Origin: Syntrophorhabdaceae bacterium
GTDB taxonomy: Bacteria; Desulfobacterota; Syntrophorhabdia; Syntrophorhabdales; Syntrophorhabdaceae
Length of the DNA stretch: 64,000 nt
Assembly: GCA_963665295.1 (NCBI GenBank)
Contig: OY762209.1
Location: forward strand, 2,080,001-2,144,000
Direction: 5' to 3'
A program made the translations under genes and the position numbers. Below the pieces are notes generated by a model. It was not told the origin of the DNA. It searched no databases and was given only the letters and a program-made list of their open reading frames with translations. Positions 11,510 through 21,673 of the stretch are shown here, piece after piece. Numbering within the stretch: position 1 is the first letter of the stretch; each line of letters begins with the position of its first letter.

Positions 11510-12390
11510 ATCTTCCTGTATATGGTAGGAGCCACGGACACGAGGGGCACGTCCATCCCGAAGAGAGTCTCGGAATGGCCCATGAAGATATAACCTCCCC
11601 GGGAAAGAGATTTGCAGAACCGGTTAAGGAGCCTCTCCTGGGTGGGCTTGTCAAAATAGATGATCACATTCCTGCAGAATATGATATTGAGCGGCTCTCT
11701 GAAGCCGAAATCGTCATCCATGAAATTGAGCCGCCTGAATTTCACGAGGGACCTGATTTCGGGGGTTACCCGGAAGAGTTTCTTGCTCCTGTCCTTGTTT
11801 CTGAGCAGATATTTCTGCCGGAACTCAAAGGGGACAGGGGCCACGCGCTCCTCGTCGTAGACGGCGGTTTCCGCCTTCTTGAGCACGGTCGTGGAGATAT
11901 CGGTGGCCAGTATGAGAAAACCGAAATCAAGCCCGGGAAACCGTTCCGCATATTCCTTTAACACCATGGCGAGGGTGAAGGGCTCCTCTCCGCTTGAGCA
12001 TCCCGCGCTCCACAGGGTGAGCCTTTTGCGGACACCCAGGCCATAGGTCTTGATCAGCTCCGGCAGGGCGGTTTCAACAAGATACTGGAAATGGGCCGGT
12101 TCTCTGAAGAAATCGGTCTTGTTGGTGCTCACCTCGTCAATCATGAAGGCGAGTTCCTCCTCCTGGCCTTTAGGGCTGAAGAGATAATCACAATAATCCG
12201 TGAACCCGGTGAGCCCGAGGCGTCTCAGCCTCTTCTGGAGGCGCGCCTCAAGCATGGTCTTTTTCGCCTCCGTCATCTTTATGCCGAACTCCCGGTGTAT
12301 GAACGTGCTGAGGCGGGTGAAGTCGTGGGCCGACATGCTTGTAGTGCCCTGTGAGGTGTCGGATCTATCCTGCTCTTTCATTTCCCTCAT
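11506..12390 (-). CDS. cheR: Chemotaxis methyltransferase CheR
   Basis: TNKTDFFRE, WSAGCSSGEE, FCRNVIIYF, GHSE. Confidence 0.96.
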   Translation of the reverse strand: MREMKEQDRSDTSQGTTSMSAHDFTRLSTFIHREFGIKMTEAKKTMLEARLQKRLRRLGLTGFTDYCDYLFSPKGQEEELAFMIDEVSTNKTDFFREPAHFQYLVETALPELIKTYGLGVRKRLTLWSAGCSSGEEPFTLAMVLKEYAERFPGLDFGFLILATDISTTVLKKAETAVYDEERVAPVPFEFRQKYLLRNKDRSKKLFRVTPEIRSLVKFRRLNFMDDDFGFREPLNIIFCRNVIIYFDKPTQERLLNRFCKSLSRGGYIFMGHSETLFGMDVPLVSVAPTIYRKI

Positions 12391-12911
12391 GCACCAACGG
12401 CCGGAATCGTAGCAGCCCTGATCTCCTCATCGCTCGCCATTTCCACCATTTCCAACTCTTCCTGTGAAAACAGCTTGTCTATATCGAGGATGATAATGAA
12501 TTGTTCATCTCTTTTCCCCATGCCCTTTATAAATTCCGTTTTGAGGCCCGTACCGATCCTCGGCGCGGGCTCGATCTGATCCGGCTCGAAATCGATCACT
12601 TCCTGCACCGAATCGACGAGGGCCCCGAGGATGACCTTTTCATCCTCTATGAGGACTTCCACCACGATAATGCACGTATTGACCGTCTTTTCCATTGTCG
12701 GAAGGTTCAGCTTTACCCTCATATCCACAACAGGCACGACGCTGCCCCTCAGATTCATTACCCCCCTCATAAACTCAGGGGTCTGGGGGACTTTTGTAAC
12801 CCCCGTGAATTCGAGTATCTCCCTCACGTTCGCCACATCGAGGGCGAAGGATTCGTCGCCCAGGCTGAAGGTCAGGTATTGTCTTGTCTCGGTGATGCCG
12901 GGTACGCTCAT
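12387..12911 (-). CDS. cheW: Coupling protein CheW
   Basis: YLTFSL, GVMNLRGSVVPVVD, GALVDSV. Confidence 0.95.
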   Translation of the reverse strand: MSVPGITETRQYLTFSLGDESFALDVANVREILEFTGVTKVPQTPEFMRGVMNLRGSVVPVVDMRVKLNLPTMEKTVNTCIIVVEVLIEDEKVILGALVDSVQEVIDFEPDQIEPAPRIGTGLKTEFIKGMGKRDEQFIIILDIDKLFSQEELEMVEMASDEEIRAATIPAVGA

Positions 12912-12989
12912 GATATTGCCTCCTTGGTACGGGGCGAGGGTCCCCGGACACCTCTGTCCGGGAGCCTCCGTCTCCGGTGCCTTTATCCT

Positions 12990-14708
12990 TTAAAATCTCT
13001 CGAACTCGTCGTCAAGTGCATCCTTTCCGTCGCCGAGGTTGAGTGCTATGCCCTTGGGTTTTGCCCCGTTTCCGTTGCTCCCGTTACGGCCCGGCCGTAC
13101 AAGACCGGCGAATTTGGCGGGTTTGCCGGCCCTCACGGGTTTTCCCGCAGCCTGCTGATGAACGATGGGCTGTTGTGACCGGGGTCGCTCCATGTCTCCG
13201 GACCTGAAGAATGCGATAGTGTCCTGAAGCTGTTCGGCCTGACCGGAAAGTTCTTCCGAGGTCGATGCCATCTCTTCCGTGCCGGACGCGTTCTGTTGGA
13301 TCACCTGGTCCAACTGTTGTATTGCCTTGTTGATCTGCTCCGCCCCGGCATTCTGTTCGTTACTCGCGGCGCTGATCTCCTGGACAAGTTCCGCGGTCTT
13401 CTGGATGTCGGGCACAAGCCTCGTGAGCATCTCTCCCGCCTGCTCGGCGACCTGCACGCTTGTGGTGGAAAGCCTGCTTATCTCCGCTGCTGCGGTCTGG
13501 CTTCTCTCGGCGAGTTTGCGAACCTCGCTGGCCACAACCGCGAACCCCTTGCCGTGCTCGCCTGCCCGTGCCGCTTCTATGGCCGCGTTGAGGGCGAGGA
13601 GGTTGGTCTGGCGGGCAATCTCTTCGATGATGGATATCTTGCCGGCGATATCCTTCATGGCAACCACGGTCTCCGCCACGGCCCTGCCGCCTTCCCGTGC
13701 GTCATGGGCCGACTTGAGGGCTATCTTCTCCGTCTGCTGGGCGTTATCCGCGTTCTGCTTGATATTTGAGACCATCTGCTCCATGGAGGAGGAGACTTCC
13801 TCGGCGGAGGCCGCCTGTTCCGTCGCTCCCTGCGACATCTCTTCGGAAGAGGCGCTCAGTTCTCCCGAGGCTGAAGCGACGTTGTCCGCCGCCCCCTTGA
13901 CATCGGCCACTATTACCTTCAGCTTTTCCGTCATGTTCTTCATGCCGGTGAGCAGTTGGCCCGCCTCGTCGGCGCCGCCTGCCTCCACGTACACGGTCAG
14001 GTCCCCTTCGGAAAGCCGTTCAGCCACGGTAACGGCCTGACGCAGGGCGCGGGTGATTATCCGCGAGACAAAGAAGGCGATGCTGAGAATGAGGGCCGCC
14101 ACGACCAGGGAACCGGTGATGATCTTTATCCGGAGTTTCGACATCTCCGCATTCACATCGTCGATATAGATGCCCGTGCCTATGGTCCATCCCCAGGGGG
14201 CGAAATACTTCGCGTACGAGAGTTTCGGCGTCGGTTTCGCGGCATTCGGCTTCAGCCAGAGGTATTCGACAAAGCCATCGCCTTTGCTCTTGGCTATTTC
14301 CAGCATCTCCTTTCCGAAGGCCCTTCCCGAGGGGTCCTTTAAAAGGGGATCGTTTATATCCTTACCGATCAATTCGGGTTTGAGGCCGTGCATCACCATC
14401 TTCCCGTTCGTGTCGAGAACGAAGAAATACTCGTTGGTGTGGTAGCGGAGGTTCTTTACCGCGTCCAGGGCCCTCTTCTGAGCTTCGTCCATCTTGATTT
14501 CACCCGCTCTTGCCCTTGCCTCCAGCGGCGCTATCATGGTAGAGGTGACTTCGGCCGCGTATTTCAGCTCGTTCTTCTTCTCGTCCATGAGCTTCTCTTC
14601 CACGAGGGGCAGGACATAGAGTAATATGCCTGCCAGGATCAGGACAATGGTGAACACCGAGATCCCCATTATCTTCGTGGAAATTTTCCAATTTTTAAAA
14701 CCTTTCAT
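12990..14708 (-). CDS. Methyl-accepting chemotaxis protein (2 TM, single Cache, HAMP)
   Basis: EYFFVLD and [11 protein letters not shown]ache signatures; [27 protein letters not shown] tip; C-terminal EFERF pentapeptide. Confidence 0.95.
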   Translation of the reverse strand: MKGFKNWKISTKIMGISVFTIVLILAGILLYVLPLVEEKLMDEKKNELKYAAEVTSTMIAPLEARARAGEIKMDEAQKRALDAVKNLRYHTNEYFFVLDTNGKMVMHGLKPELIGKDINDPLLKDPSGRAFGKEMLEIAKSKGDGFVEYLWLKPNAAKPTPKLSYAKYFAPWGWTIGTGIYIDDVNAEMSKLRIKIITGSLVVAALILSIAFFVSRIITRALRQAVTVAERLSEGDLTVYVEAGGADEAGQLLTGMKNMTEKLKVIVADVKGAADNVASASGELSASSEEMSQGATEQAASAEEVSSSMEQMVSNIKQNADNAQQTEKIALKSAHDAREGGRAVAETVVAMKDIAGKISIIEEIARQTNLLALNAAIEAARAGEHGKGFAVVASEVRKLAERSQTAAAEISRLSTTSVQVAEQAGEMLTRLVPDIQKTAELVQEISAASNEQNAGAEQINKAIQQLDQVIQQNASGTEEMASTSEELSGQAEQLQDTIAFFRSGDMERPRSQQPIVHQQAAGKPVRAGKPAKFAGLVRPGRNGSNGNGAKPKGIALNLGDGKDALDDEFERF

Positions 14709-14742
14709 GTGAGCCTCCTTTCAGCCTTTCATATCCCTCTTG

Positions 14743-16839
14743 TCACCGGCTTTCACCCCAGGACTGCCTTTCCGCCATCTTCTGAAGCCTTGCCACATCT
14801 ACAATAAGGGCCACCGTCCCATCTCCCAGAATGGTCGCCCCCGATATACCCTCGACGGTGCGGTACACACTGCCCAGGGACTTTATTACCGTCTGTCGTT
14901 GCCCGGCCACGTGGTCCACCACGAACCCGATCCTCGTCCGGTCTATTTCCGTAATGACAATCTGTTCGATATCGGGCAGGTTGCCTTCCATGCCGAAGGC
15001 CTCTCTCAGCCTCACGTAGGGGACCAACTGGCCGCGGACCCCCGCCACGTGTCTCCCGTGGCTCTTCTTAACGTCCTCCCGTGAGAGTTCGACGCATTCT
15101 TCCACCGTGGAGAGGGGAAGAACGAAGCGGTCCGGGCCGATCTCGACGAGAAGTCCTTCGATGATCGCAAGAGTGAGGGGGAGCTTCAGGCTTATGGTGG
15201 TGCCCCGCCCCTTCACACTTTCCACCCCTATGGCGCCCCGGAGCGAGTCGATAGTCTTTCTCACCACGTCCATGCCCACACCCCGGCCCGAAACATTCGT
15301 GACGCTTTGAGCGGTGGAGAAGCCGGGAGCAAAAATGAAGGCGTAAATATCTTTCTCGGACACTTCGGCGTCAGGTGCGATAAGACCCCTTTCCACCGCC
15401 TTGGCCCGGATTTTTTCTCTGTCGAGACCTGCTCCGTCGTCGGTAATCTTCACCATTACATGGGCGCCCGAATGGGCCGCGGAGAGACTCAGCCGTCCCT
15501 GGCGCGGTTTCCCGGCCGCCTCCCGCTCGGCGGGAGATTCTATCCCGTGATCGATGGAGTTCCTGATGATATGGACGAGAGGATCGTTCAACTTTTCGAT
15601 GACCGTCTTGTCGAGTTCCGTTTCGCCGCCTTCCGTGTAAAGGTCTATCTCCTTCCCCAAATCCGCCGACAAGTCACGGACCAGACGCTTGAACTTGCTG
15701 AAGGTGGTCCCTATGGGGAGCATCCTTATGCTCATGGTTGTATCGCGCAGTTCCTCGGTGAGGCGTTCCACTCCCTCGGCGATAAGGGTGACCTCGGGGT
15801 CCTTGCCGGTGGAGGCCTTCTGGGTGAGGGCGGCCTGGATGGTCACCAACTCGCCCACGAGGTTTACGAGCCTGTCGAGTTTGTCTGCCGTCACCCTGAT
15901 GCTCGAGACGGCGTCCTCTCTGTGGCGCTTTTCCCGCGCCTCCTTGATACGTGATTGTTCGGCCAGGGCCGACTGGACCTTGTCGGGGGTGACGAGTCCC
16001 GCGTCTACAAGGAGTTCGCCGATGGGCTTCTTCTCCTTGAGCACTTTCGCGAGGTCGGCCTTTTTCACATCCCCCCGTTCGACGAATATTTCGCCGAGCC
16101 TCTTGGGCGGTTCCGTATCAGGCTGAAAGTCTTCCGGGTCTATGAGATCTATGGAGATTTCCGACGCGTCTTCCACAAAGATGAAGACGTCCTTTATGTC
16201 GTTCATGCCTTTGTCTGTGGTAAGTATGACGTCCCACCAGGTATAGCAAAGTTCGGGATCCATATCCCCTAAAGGGGGAATGGCGTCGAGTTGGGCGATC
16301 ACCGTGGCTTCCCCCAGTTGCCTGAGTTCATTGAGGAGCGGGATGGGGTTGGTGCCGGTGGCGAAAAGATCCGGCTCAGGACGAAAGCGGATGCGGTAGG
16401 TCGCCGCCTTGACGTCGAGATCCGGCCCGGGAGCCATTGTTTGGACTGCGCCGCCCGAAGTGGTCCGACCTTCGCTTGTAGGTAGAAATCTCCTGAAGGA
16501 AGCGATGAGTGCTCCTGCGTCCGTCTTTCCCTTATCATCGCCCTCGAGCATGGCGTGGATCAGGTCGCGGGCCTTCAGGGTGAGGTCTATCAATTCCTTT
16601 TGAACGGCCACCTTTCCATTGCGCACCATATCGAACACCGTTTCCACTTCATGGGTGAAGGCGGCAATGTCGTCGAAACCGAACATGGCGCCCGAACCCT
16701 TGATTGTATGAAGGGCACGGAAGATCTGCCCTATGATCTCGCTGTTTGTGGGAGATTCCTCAAGTTCGAGGAGGGATATCTCAAGTTCCGACAGCCTTTC
16801 GAATGCCTCTTCTCTGAATGTTTCCGCCGGTGTGTTCAT
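14743..16839 (-). CDS. cheA: Chemotaxis histidine kinase CheA
   Basis: Hpt FRALHTIKG, HIIRNSIDHG, DDGAG, SGRGVGMDVV, CheW-like P5 domain. Confidence 0.97.
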   Translation of the reverse strand: MNTPAETFREEAFERLSELEISLLELEESPTNSEIIGQIFRALHTIKGSGAMFGFDDIAAFTHEVETVFDMVRNGKVAVQKELIDLTLKARDLIHAMLEGDDKGKTDAGALIASFRRFLPTSEGRTTSGGAVQTMAPGPDLDVKAATYRIRFRPEPDLFATGTNPIPLLNELRQLGEATVIAQLDAIPPLGDMDPELCYTWWDVILTTDKGMNDIKDVFIFVEDASEISIDLIDPEDFQPDTEPPKRLGEIFVERGDVKKADLAKVLKEKKPIGELLVDAGLVTPDKVQSALAEQSRIKEAREKRHREDAVSSIRVTADKLDRLVNLVGELVTIQAALTQKASTGKDPEVTLIAEGVERLTEELRDTTMSIRMLPIGTTFSKFKRLVRDLSADLGKEIDLYTEGGETELDKTVIEKLNDPLVHIIRNSIDHGIESPAEREAAGKPRQGRLSLSAAHSGAHVMVKITDDGAGLDREKIRAKAVERGLIAPDAEVSEKDIYAFIFAPGFSTAQSVTNVSGRGVGMDVVRKTIDSLRGAIGVESVKGRGTTISLKLPLTLAIIEGLLVEIGPDRFVLPLSTVEECVELSREDVKKSHGRHVAGVRGQLVPYVRLREAFGMEGNLPDIEQIVITEIDRTRIGFVVDHVAGQRQTVIKSLGSVYRTVEGISGATILGDGTVALIVDVARLQKMAERQSWGESR

Positions 16840-17204
16840 CCCAGTACCTTCCTTACCACCGCGAGGAGCTGGTCCGATTTAAAGGGCTTGACGATCCATC
16901 CCGTGGCCCCCGCTGCTTTTCCCTCCCGTTTCTTTGTATCCTGCGATTCGGTGGTAAGCATGATAATGGGGACGAATTTGAATGACGGGATAGCGCGCAG
17001 CTTCGTAATGAGGCCGATGCCATCGAGGTTGGGCATATTGAGGTCTGTAATGACCATATTGACAGAAGCACCGTTCAACTTGGCAATGGCATCGTTGCCG
17101 TCGCACGCCTCCACCACCTCGTACCCGGCGTCCTTCAGGGTAAAGCTGACCATTTGCCGTACACTTGCGGAATCGTCCACGGTCATAATCCGTTTAGCGG
17201 CCAT
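16836..17204 (-). CDS. cheY: Chemotaxis response regulator CheY
   Basis: VDDS, TDLNMP, LTTES, KPF; AAGGAGG before ATG 17204 (ORF track overextends to 17324). Confidence 0.92.
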   Translation of the reverse strand: MAAKRIMTVDDSASVRQMVSFTLKDAGYEVVEACDGNDAIAKLNGASVNMVITDLNMPNLDGIGLITKLRAIPSFKFVPIIMLTTESQDTKKREGKAAGATGWIVKPFKSDQLLAVVRKVLG

Positions 17205-17547
17205 GATTGCCTCCTTTGATCCATATACAGTCCGACCGCTCTTCAGGGAAGCACCCCTCTTCGCGATGGTATCCTGCATCGTCGGCCGCCATGTCCACCG
17301 CAGCCGCAATTCCTGTGACCTCAACCTTCCTCATCTCGTGACGCCACGCCCTGTGAGCCGCGCAAAGCACCTGGAGACCGGCGATGTCGGCTGCCGTTAT
17401 CCCCGTAAGGTCGAGGGAAAACCGGTCCCTTCCGCCGTGGGAGGCGGTGAGGAGGTCCTTCAGAACCCCCGCGTTTTCCACGGTGAGTTCGCCATAAAGT
17501 TTTAATACCGCGCCTTCGCGGGTGTCTTCAAAGCGTGAGTCGATCAT
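17194..17547 (-). CDS. STAS domain protein
   Basis: LKLYGELT, LDLTGITAADIAGLQVL; usual position before cheY-cheA. Confidence 0.85.
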   Translation of the reverse strand: MIDSRFEDTREGAVLKLYGELTVENAGVLKDLLTASHGGRDRFSLDLTGITAADIAGLQVLCAAHRAWRHEMRKVEVTGIAAAVDMAADDAGYHREEGCFPEERSDCIWIKGGNHGR

Positions 17548-17556
17548 AAATTCCTC

Positions 17557-19554
17557 CTAAAAAAGCTCCACATTATCGCCAAGGGCCTCATCGTTTTCGT
17601 GCGAAGGGACGGGCTCGCCTGAGCGAATACTCGACCGGTGCACAGAGCGTTCCCTGTGCATGGTGTAACGGTCTTCGAATCGTTTAAGATAGGCGGCTTT
17701 TTCACCGGGGCTCCGGGTCGATGGTCCGAATTCTCCTGCCTGCCGCGCTACGCCCTCAATTTCACTGATTACTTTTTTGAGCACCCTTTCGGTTGTCTCA
17801 TGGGCGGTGACCCCCTGCGCGAGGTCGTCTATCTCGGCGGCAAGGTCGCGGCCCGCTTTTTCCATGCCGTCAATGGCGGCCGCAATACGCCTATCCACCT
17901 CACCGAAGGAGAGGAGAAGTTCGTTCAGGCGGTCTACCATGGTTTCAACAATAGGGGCTGCAACCACAGGGGTTTGCGCGGTTACCGGAACCTGCATCGG
18001 TTCCCCGGCCAGCGAAGCTGCCCGATCCTCCCCCTCCTCGTCATGCTCGCCGAATGGACCGGCGGAACTCGTCGGGTCTGCCGTTATACCGTCTATCCGG
18101 GCTGGGATTGTCCCGTCGGCGGGCAGGGACGTCCCGGCATCCTCCTCCGGCGCGTGTTCCTCGCCCGCTTTGCAGCCGGATTGGTTCTCGGGGTCGATCA
18201 GGTCGTCGCCCAGGGACTTCGCGATGTTGGTCACCCGGGCCAGGGTGTCGGAGACTGTGCGGGTCTGGTCCCTGGAGGTATCCGAGAGGTTGCGCACCCC
18301 TTCCGCGAGGACTCCGAGGGCAGCGCCCTCGACACCTGTTTTCGCCGCGGTCACCCTGGCGTTGAGGGCGATAAGCTCGATCTCCGTGCCCACCTCTTCG
18401 ATGTCGCCCACGAAGGCGGACAACTCGTCTATGGTGCGGGTGACCCGCCTGATTGCGGTGGAAAGCTCGTGGTTTGCTTCGCCGTTTTCTTTGAGGGAAG
18501 ATATGATCTTGACCACGTCGGTTTTCAGGCGCACAAGAAACGAGGCATCATCCTTGCCGGACATGCCGACCAGTTCGGCTGTCTCCCGCGAAATGGCCGC
18601 CGCGCTTTGGGCAATGTTCCGAAGGCCCTCGATGGTCTTGCCGACGGCGCCCATAAGTTCCCGTTTTGCGTTCGAGAGTTGCCGGGCCTGTAAATCGCAG
18701 ACTTCACGAAGGCAGAGGTCCCGCATGCCCGGCACGGGGTCTTCCGCCGCCCTGAGGGTCGATACCGTAGAGCACATCTCTCTTACAGCCTCTATGGCAT
18801 GTTCGATCTGCTGGCGAGTGATGTCGTGGAACTGAAGAGAGCTTACGATGCCTCCGATATGTGCGCCTATCTCGTCCGAGACGCGGGCAACCGTGTCGGC
18901 GGTGGTGGAGGAAAGGGCATGTTTTCCGGAGAGGGAGGAGAGCCCTGCAACCATATCGTTGACCATGGTGCGCGCATGGCCCTGTTTCCATGTCTCGAGG
19001 TCCCCCACCTTGGAGAGCGTCTCTGCGATGGCATCGTGCAGGGAGTTGATGGTCTGGAGGATTCCCGTCGATTTTGAGTCGATGAGACCCGAAAGTTTTT
19101 CCACGTCATCGGCTATGGCGCCGAAGCCGGTCTCTCCGGTCGCGAGGCGGGCGCTCTCTATCTTGGTGGACACGCTGAGCATCCTCAGGTGTTTTACGAT
19201 CCTTCTGAAACCCGCGAGAGGCGTGCGCGCCTTATCCACCTCTTTGAGTATGGCCGTGAGAGTGCCCGTGCTTCGGGTCAGTTTCCCTTCGGAGGATTTC
19301 AGATAGAGGTCCATTTGATCGAAGAGTTCCTGGAGCGCGTCCATGTCCTCCTCGAGTTCTCCGCTCCTTATAAGACCCGCCGCTGATCTTGCCATGGCCG
19401 ATATCCCTCCGGCCCTGGAAGAAATGTCTCTCAGGTGTGCGCCTATGGTGAGGAAGTCATTCTCCGTGGAGCTGTTGAGGGAGAGCAGATTCGAGGCGCA
19501 CTCCTCCAGGCGTTCCGTCATTCTTTCTATGGTCATCACGTTGGACATGGGCAT
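17557..19554 (-). CDS. Atypical soluble MCP-like chemotaxis protein
   Basis: No TM segment; two tip-like segments (LRMLSVSTKIESAR, IELIALNARVTAAK), LQFHDITRQQIEH, C-terminal NVELF. Confidence 0.8.
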   Translation of the reverse strand: MPMSNVMTIERMTERLEECASNLLSLNSSTENDFLTIGAHLRDISSRAGGISAMARSAAGLIRSGELEEDMDALQELFDQMDLYLKSSEGKLTRSTGTLTAILKEVDKARTPLAGFRRIVKHLRMLSVSTKIESARLATGETGFGAIADDVEKLSGLIDSKSTGILQTINSLHDAIAETLSKVGDLETWKQGHARTMVNDMVAGLSSLSGKHALSSTTADTVARVSDEIGAHIGGIVSSLQFHDITRQQIEHAIEAVREMCSTVSTLRAAEDPVPGMRDLCLREVCDLQARQLSNAKRELMGAVGKTIEGLRNIAQSAAAISRETAELVGMSGKDDASFLVRLKTDVVKIISSLKENGEANHELSTAIRRVTRTIDELSAFVGDIEEVGTEIELIALNARVTAAKTGVEGAALGVLAEGVRNLSDTSRDQTRTVSDTLARVTNIAKSLGDDLIDPENQSGCKAGEEHAPEEDAGTSLPADGTIPARIDGITADPTSSAGPFGEHDEEGEDRAASLAGEPMQVPVTAQTPVVAAPIVETMVDRLNELLLSFGEVDRRIAAAIDGMEKAGRDLAAEIDDLAQGVTAHETTERVLKKVISEIEGVARQAGEFGPSTRSPGEKAAYLKRFEDRYTMHRERSVHRSSIRSGEPVPSHENDEALGDNVELF

Positions 19555-20012
19555 TCACCGCCGTTTTTACATCCGTTCAGGGCGGACCGGACTCTTTCGA
19601 TAAGTTCGCCGGGATCGAATGGCTTTTGGAGGAGACCGATGCAACCTTTGGTGCAGAGTTCCTCCATAAGATTGTTATCGGCAAAACCGGAAACTATTAA
19701 AATAGGAACGGCGATATTTCGGTTATTTAATTCACTTACCAGTTCCACCCCCGACATACCCGGCATCTGGATATCCACGAGGAGAAGGTCGAAAGGTTGC
19801 CCTTTTCCGACCTCCAGGATAAGGCGAAGAGCCTCTTTCGCGTTCTCCGCTTCCGTTATGGCGTATCCCGCCCTCCTCAGGGCAATGCCCGTGGCAAAAC
19901 GGAAGTTCGGCTCATCATCAACGATCAGCACGTGTCCCTGCCATCCCAGATTCTTTGTCCGCTGTCTCATGAGAAGGGCTATTTCATCATCTTTGCCGAA
20001 GACTGCCGCCAT
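19536..20012 (-). CDS. Single-domain response regulator
   Basis: VDDE, DIQMP, SG, KPF; start may be ATG 19970 given the adjacent sigma54 site. Confidence 0.85.
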   Translation of the reverse strand: MAAVFGKDDEIALLMRQRTKNLGWQGHVLIVDDEPNFRFATGIALRRAGYAITEAENAKEALRLILEVGKGQPFDLLLVDIQMPGMSGVELVSELNNRNIAVPILIVSGFADNNLMEELCTKGCIGLLQKPFDPGELIERVRSALNGCKNGGECPCPT

Positions 20013-20024
20013 GCCTCTCCTAAA

Positions 20025-20040
20025 AGCAAGGCTTGTGCCA
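20025..20040 (-). promoter_or_regulatory. Sigma54 promoter of the che operon
   Basis: TGGCAC-AAGCC-TTGCT on the minus strand, GG-N10-GC spacing. Confidence 0.85.
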
Positions 20041-20221
20041 CACGACGGTGAACGCTATAAAGCCCATAAAGTAAAGGGTATGACGGTTCAAACCATCGGG
20101 GCGCGGGGAGAGGGAGGGGTGCGACAATTGTTGCAGTCACGTATCCTCGGCGAGACAAAAAGCTAAGAGGATGGAGCCGTTTCTCTCCAAGGGGACAAAA
20201 GTTTACAGTGCAAAAAATGTC

Positions 20222-21673
20222 TCAGGCCTTTGCAGGTGGTTTGCCGGTGTTTTTTCTGATAAGTCTTTTGTTGAGGGCCTGTCGCGTAAGGCCGAGCATA
20301 GAGGCGGCGACACCCTGGTTGTTACGGGAAATGCGCAAAGCCTCCGCGATGAGGTAATCCTCCGTTTCGCGCAGGGTGGGGAAGCGCTCCGCGGGCCAGG
20401 AGACGAGGCTGAATCCGTGGCTTTCGGCATCGACGGGCTTCCCGGGGACGCGATGGTCCTGCTCGATCCTGTTCTTGAAGCTTTCCATGGAAAGTATCCC
20501 TGTCTTATGACGGGCAACGGCGTCGAACACCATGGTTTCGAGTTCGCGCACATTGCCGGGAAAATAGTAGCTCGTAAGAAGAGTGACCAGTTCATGGGGA
20601 TAGGTGGGACCCTTCTTGCCCAGTTCCCTTGATGCTTCCTCAAGAAAGTGGTTGAGGAGCAGGGGGAGGTCATCGGGCCTCTCCCTCAGAGGAGGGACGT
20701 GGACCTGGTGGGTCATAAGGCGGTAGTAGAGATCGTTTCGAAAGGTGCCGTTCTCCATCCTTGTTCTGAGGTCGCGGTTTGTGGCAACCACTATACGCGC
20801 CCTGCTCCTGATTGCCCCATCCGACCCGAGGGGATAGTACTCATGTTCCTGGAGGAGTCTCAAGAGCCTTACCTGGGAGATCTCGTTCATGTCGCCTATT
20901 TCATCAAGGAAAAGGGTCCCCTCGTGGGCTTTGCTGATCAGGCCGTCGCGGGACCTGTCCGCCCCGGTGTAGGCCCCCTTTTTGTGACCGAAGAGGGTGT
21001 CGGAAAACATATTGTCATCGAGACCCGCAACGTTGACGGGTACGAAGGCGCCCTTGCGCGCTGAAAGGGTGTGGATGGCCGTTGCGATCAACTCCTTGCC
21101 CACCCCTGTCTCACCGGTAATGAGCACGGGCTGGTCGGTCCCTGCAATCGCCTCGATATACTGGAACACGGCTCTCATCTTCTTGCTCCGGGCGATTATT
21201 GAGGAGAAGGCGTCTCCGTGCCTCAACTGATCGGTGAGGAGGTACTGGGTAAGGGACGAGACCTCGTTGTGGAGGCTTCGCACTTCAAGCGCCCTCCGGA
21301 TGCTGTAGACAAACCTGTCCTTCTCTACGGGCTTTACAAGGTAGTCGAAGGCGCCTTTCTTCATGCACTCCACTGCCATGCCTATTTCGTTCACCGCGGT
21401 CATGACGATGACAGGAACCTGCGGGTGGTTGTAGACAAGTTCTCCGAGGAGTTCCATACCCGAAAGGTGTGGCATGTAGAGGTCGAGAACGATTACACCC
21501 ACTTCGTGATCATTAAGAAAAGGCGTTACATCCCTGCTGTCCTCGAGGGTATGGACGTTCTCGAAGCCTTCGCTTCTCAGGAGGAGTCTGGAGACGAAGA
21601 GAATCTGAGGCTCATCGTCCACCAGCAGGATAGGGAGAAGGGCGTCGCGTGTGGCAGCCGGCAAAGGGGTCAT
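20222..21673 (-). CDS. Sigma54-dependent response regulator (NtrC family)
   Basis: REC DLYMP, GETGVGKE, GAYTGA, FLDEIG, HTH. Confidence 0.93.
   Translation of the reverse strand: MTPLPAATRDALLPILLVDDEPQILFVSRLLLRSEGFENVHTLEDSRDVTPFLNDHEVGVIVLDLYMPHLSGMELLGELVYNHPQVPVIVMTAVNEIGMAVECMKKGAFDYLVKPVEKDRFVYSIRRALEVRSLHNEVSSLTQYLLTDQLRHGDAFSSIIARSKKMRAVFQYIEAIAGTDQPVLITGETGVGKELIATAIHTLSARKGAFVPVNVAGLDDNMFSDTLFGHKKGAYTGADRSRDGLISKAHEGTLFLDEIGDMNEISQVRLLRLLQEHEYYPLGSDGAIRSRARIVVATNRDLRTRMENGTFRNDLYYRLMTHQVHVPPLRERPDDLPLLLNHFLEEASRELGKKGPTYPHELVTLLTSYYFPGNVRELETMVFDAVARHKTGILSMESFKNRIEQDHRVPGKPVDAESHGFSLVSWPAERFPTLRETEDYLIAEALRISRNNQGVAASMLGLTRQALNKRLIRKNTGKPPAKA

Noticed and set aside
12943..12962. 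Hairpin CCCGGACA-CCTC-TGTCCGGG between mcp and cheW as a terminator
   Set aside because: No U tract and it lies inside an apparent operon; at most an mRNA stability element
19536..19575. Cys-rich tail GCKNGGECPCPT on the receiver protein as a metal site
   Set aside because: Largely dictated by overlap with the RBS and start of the next gene; no other support
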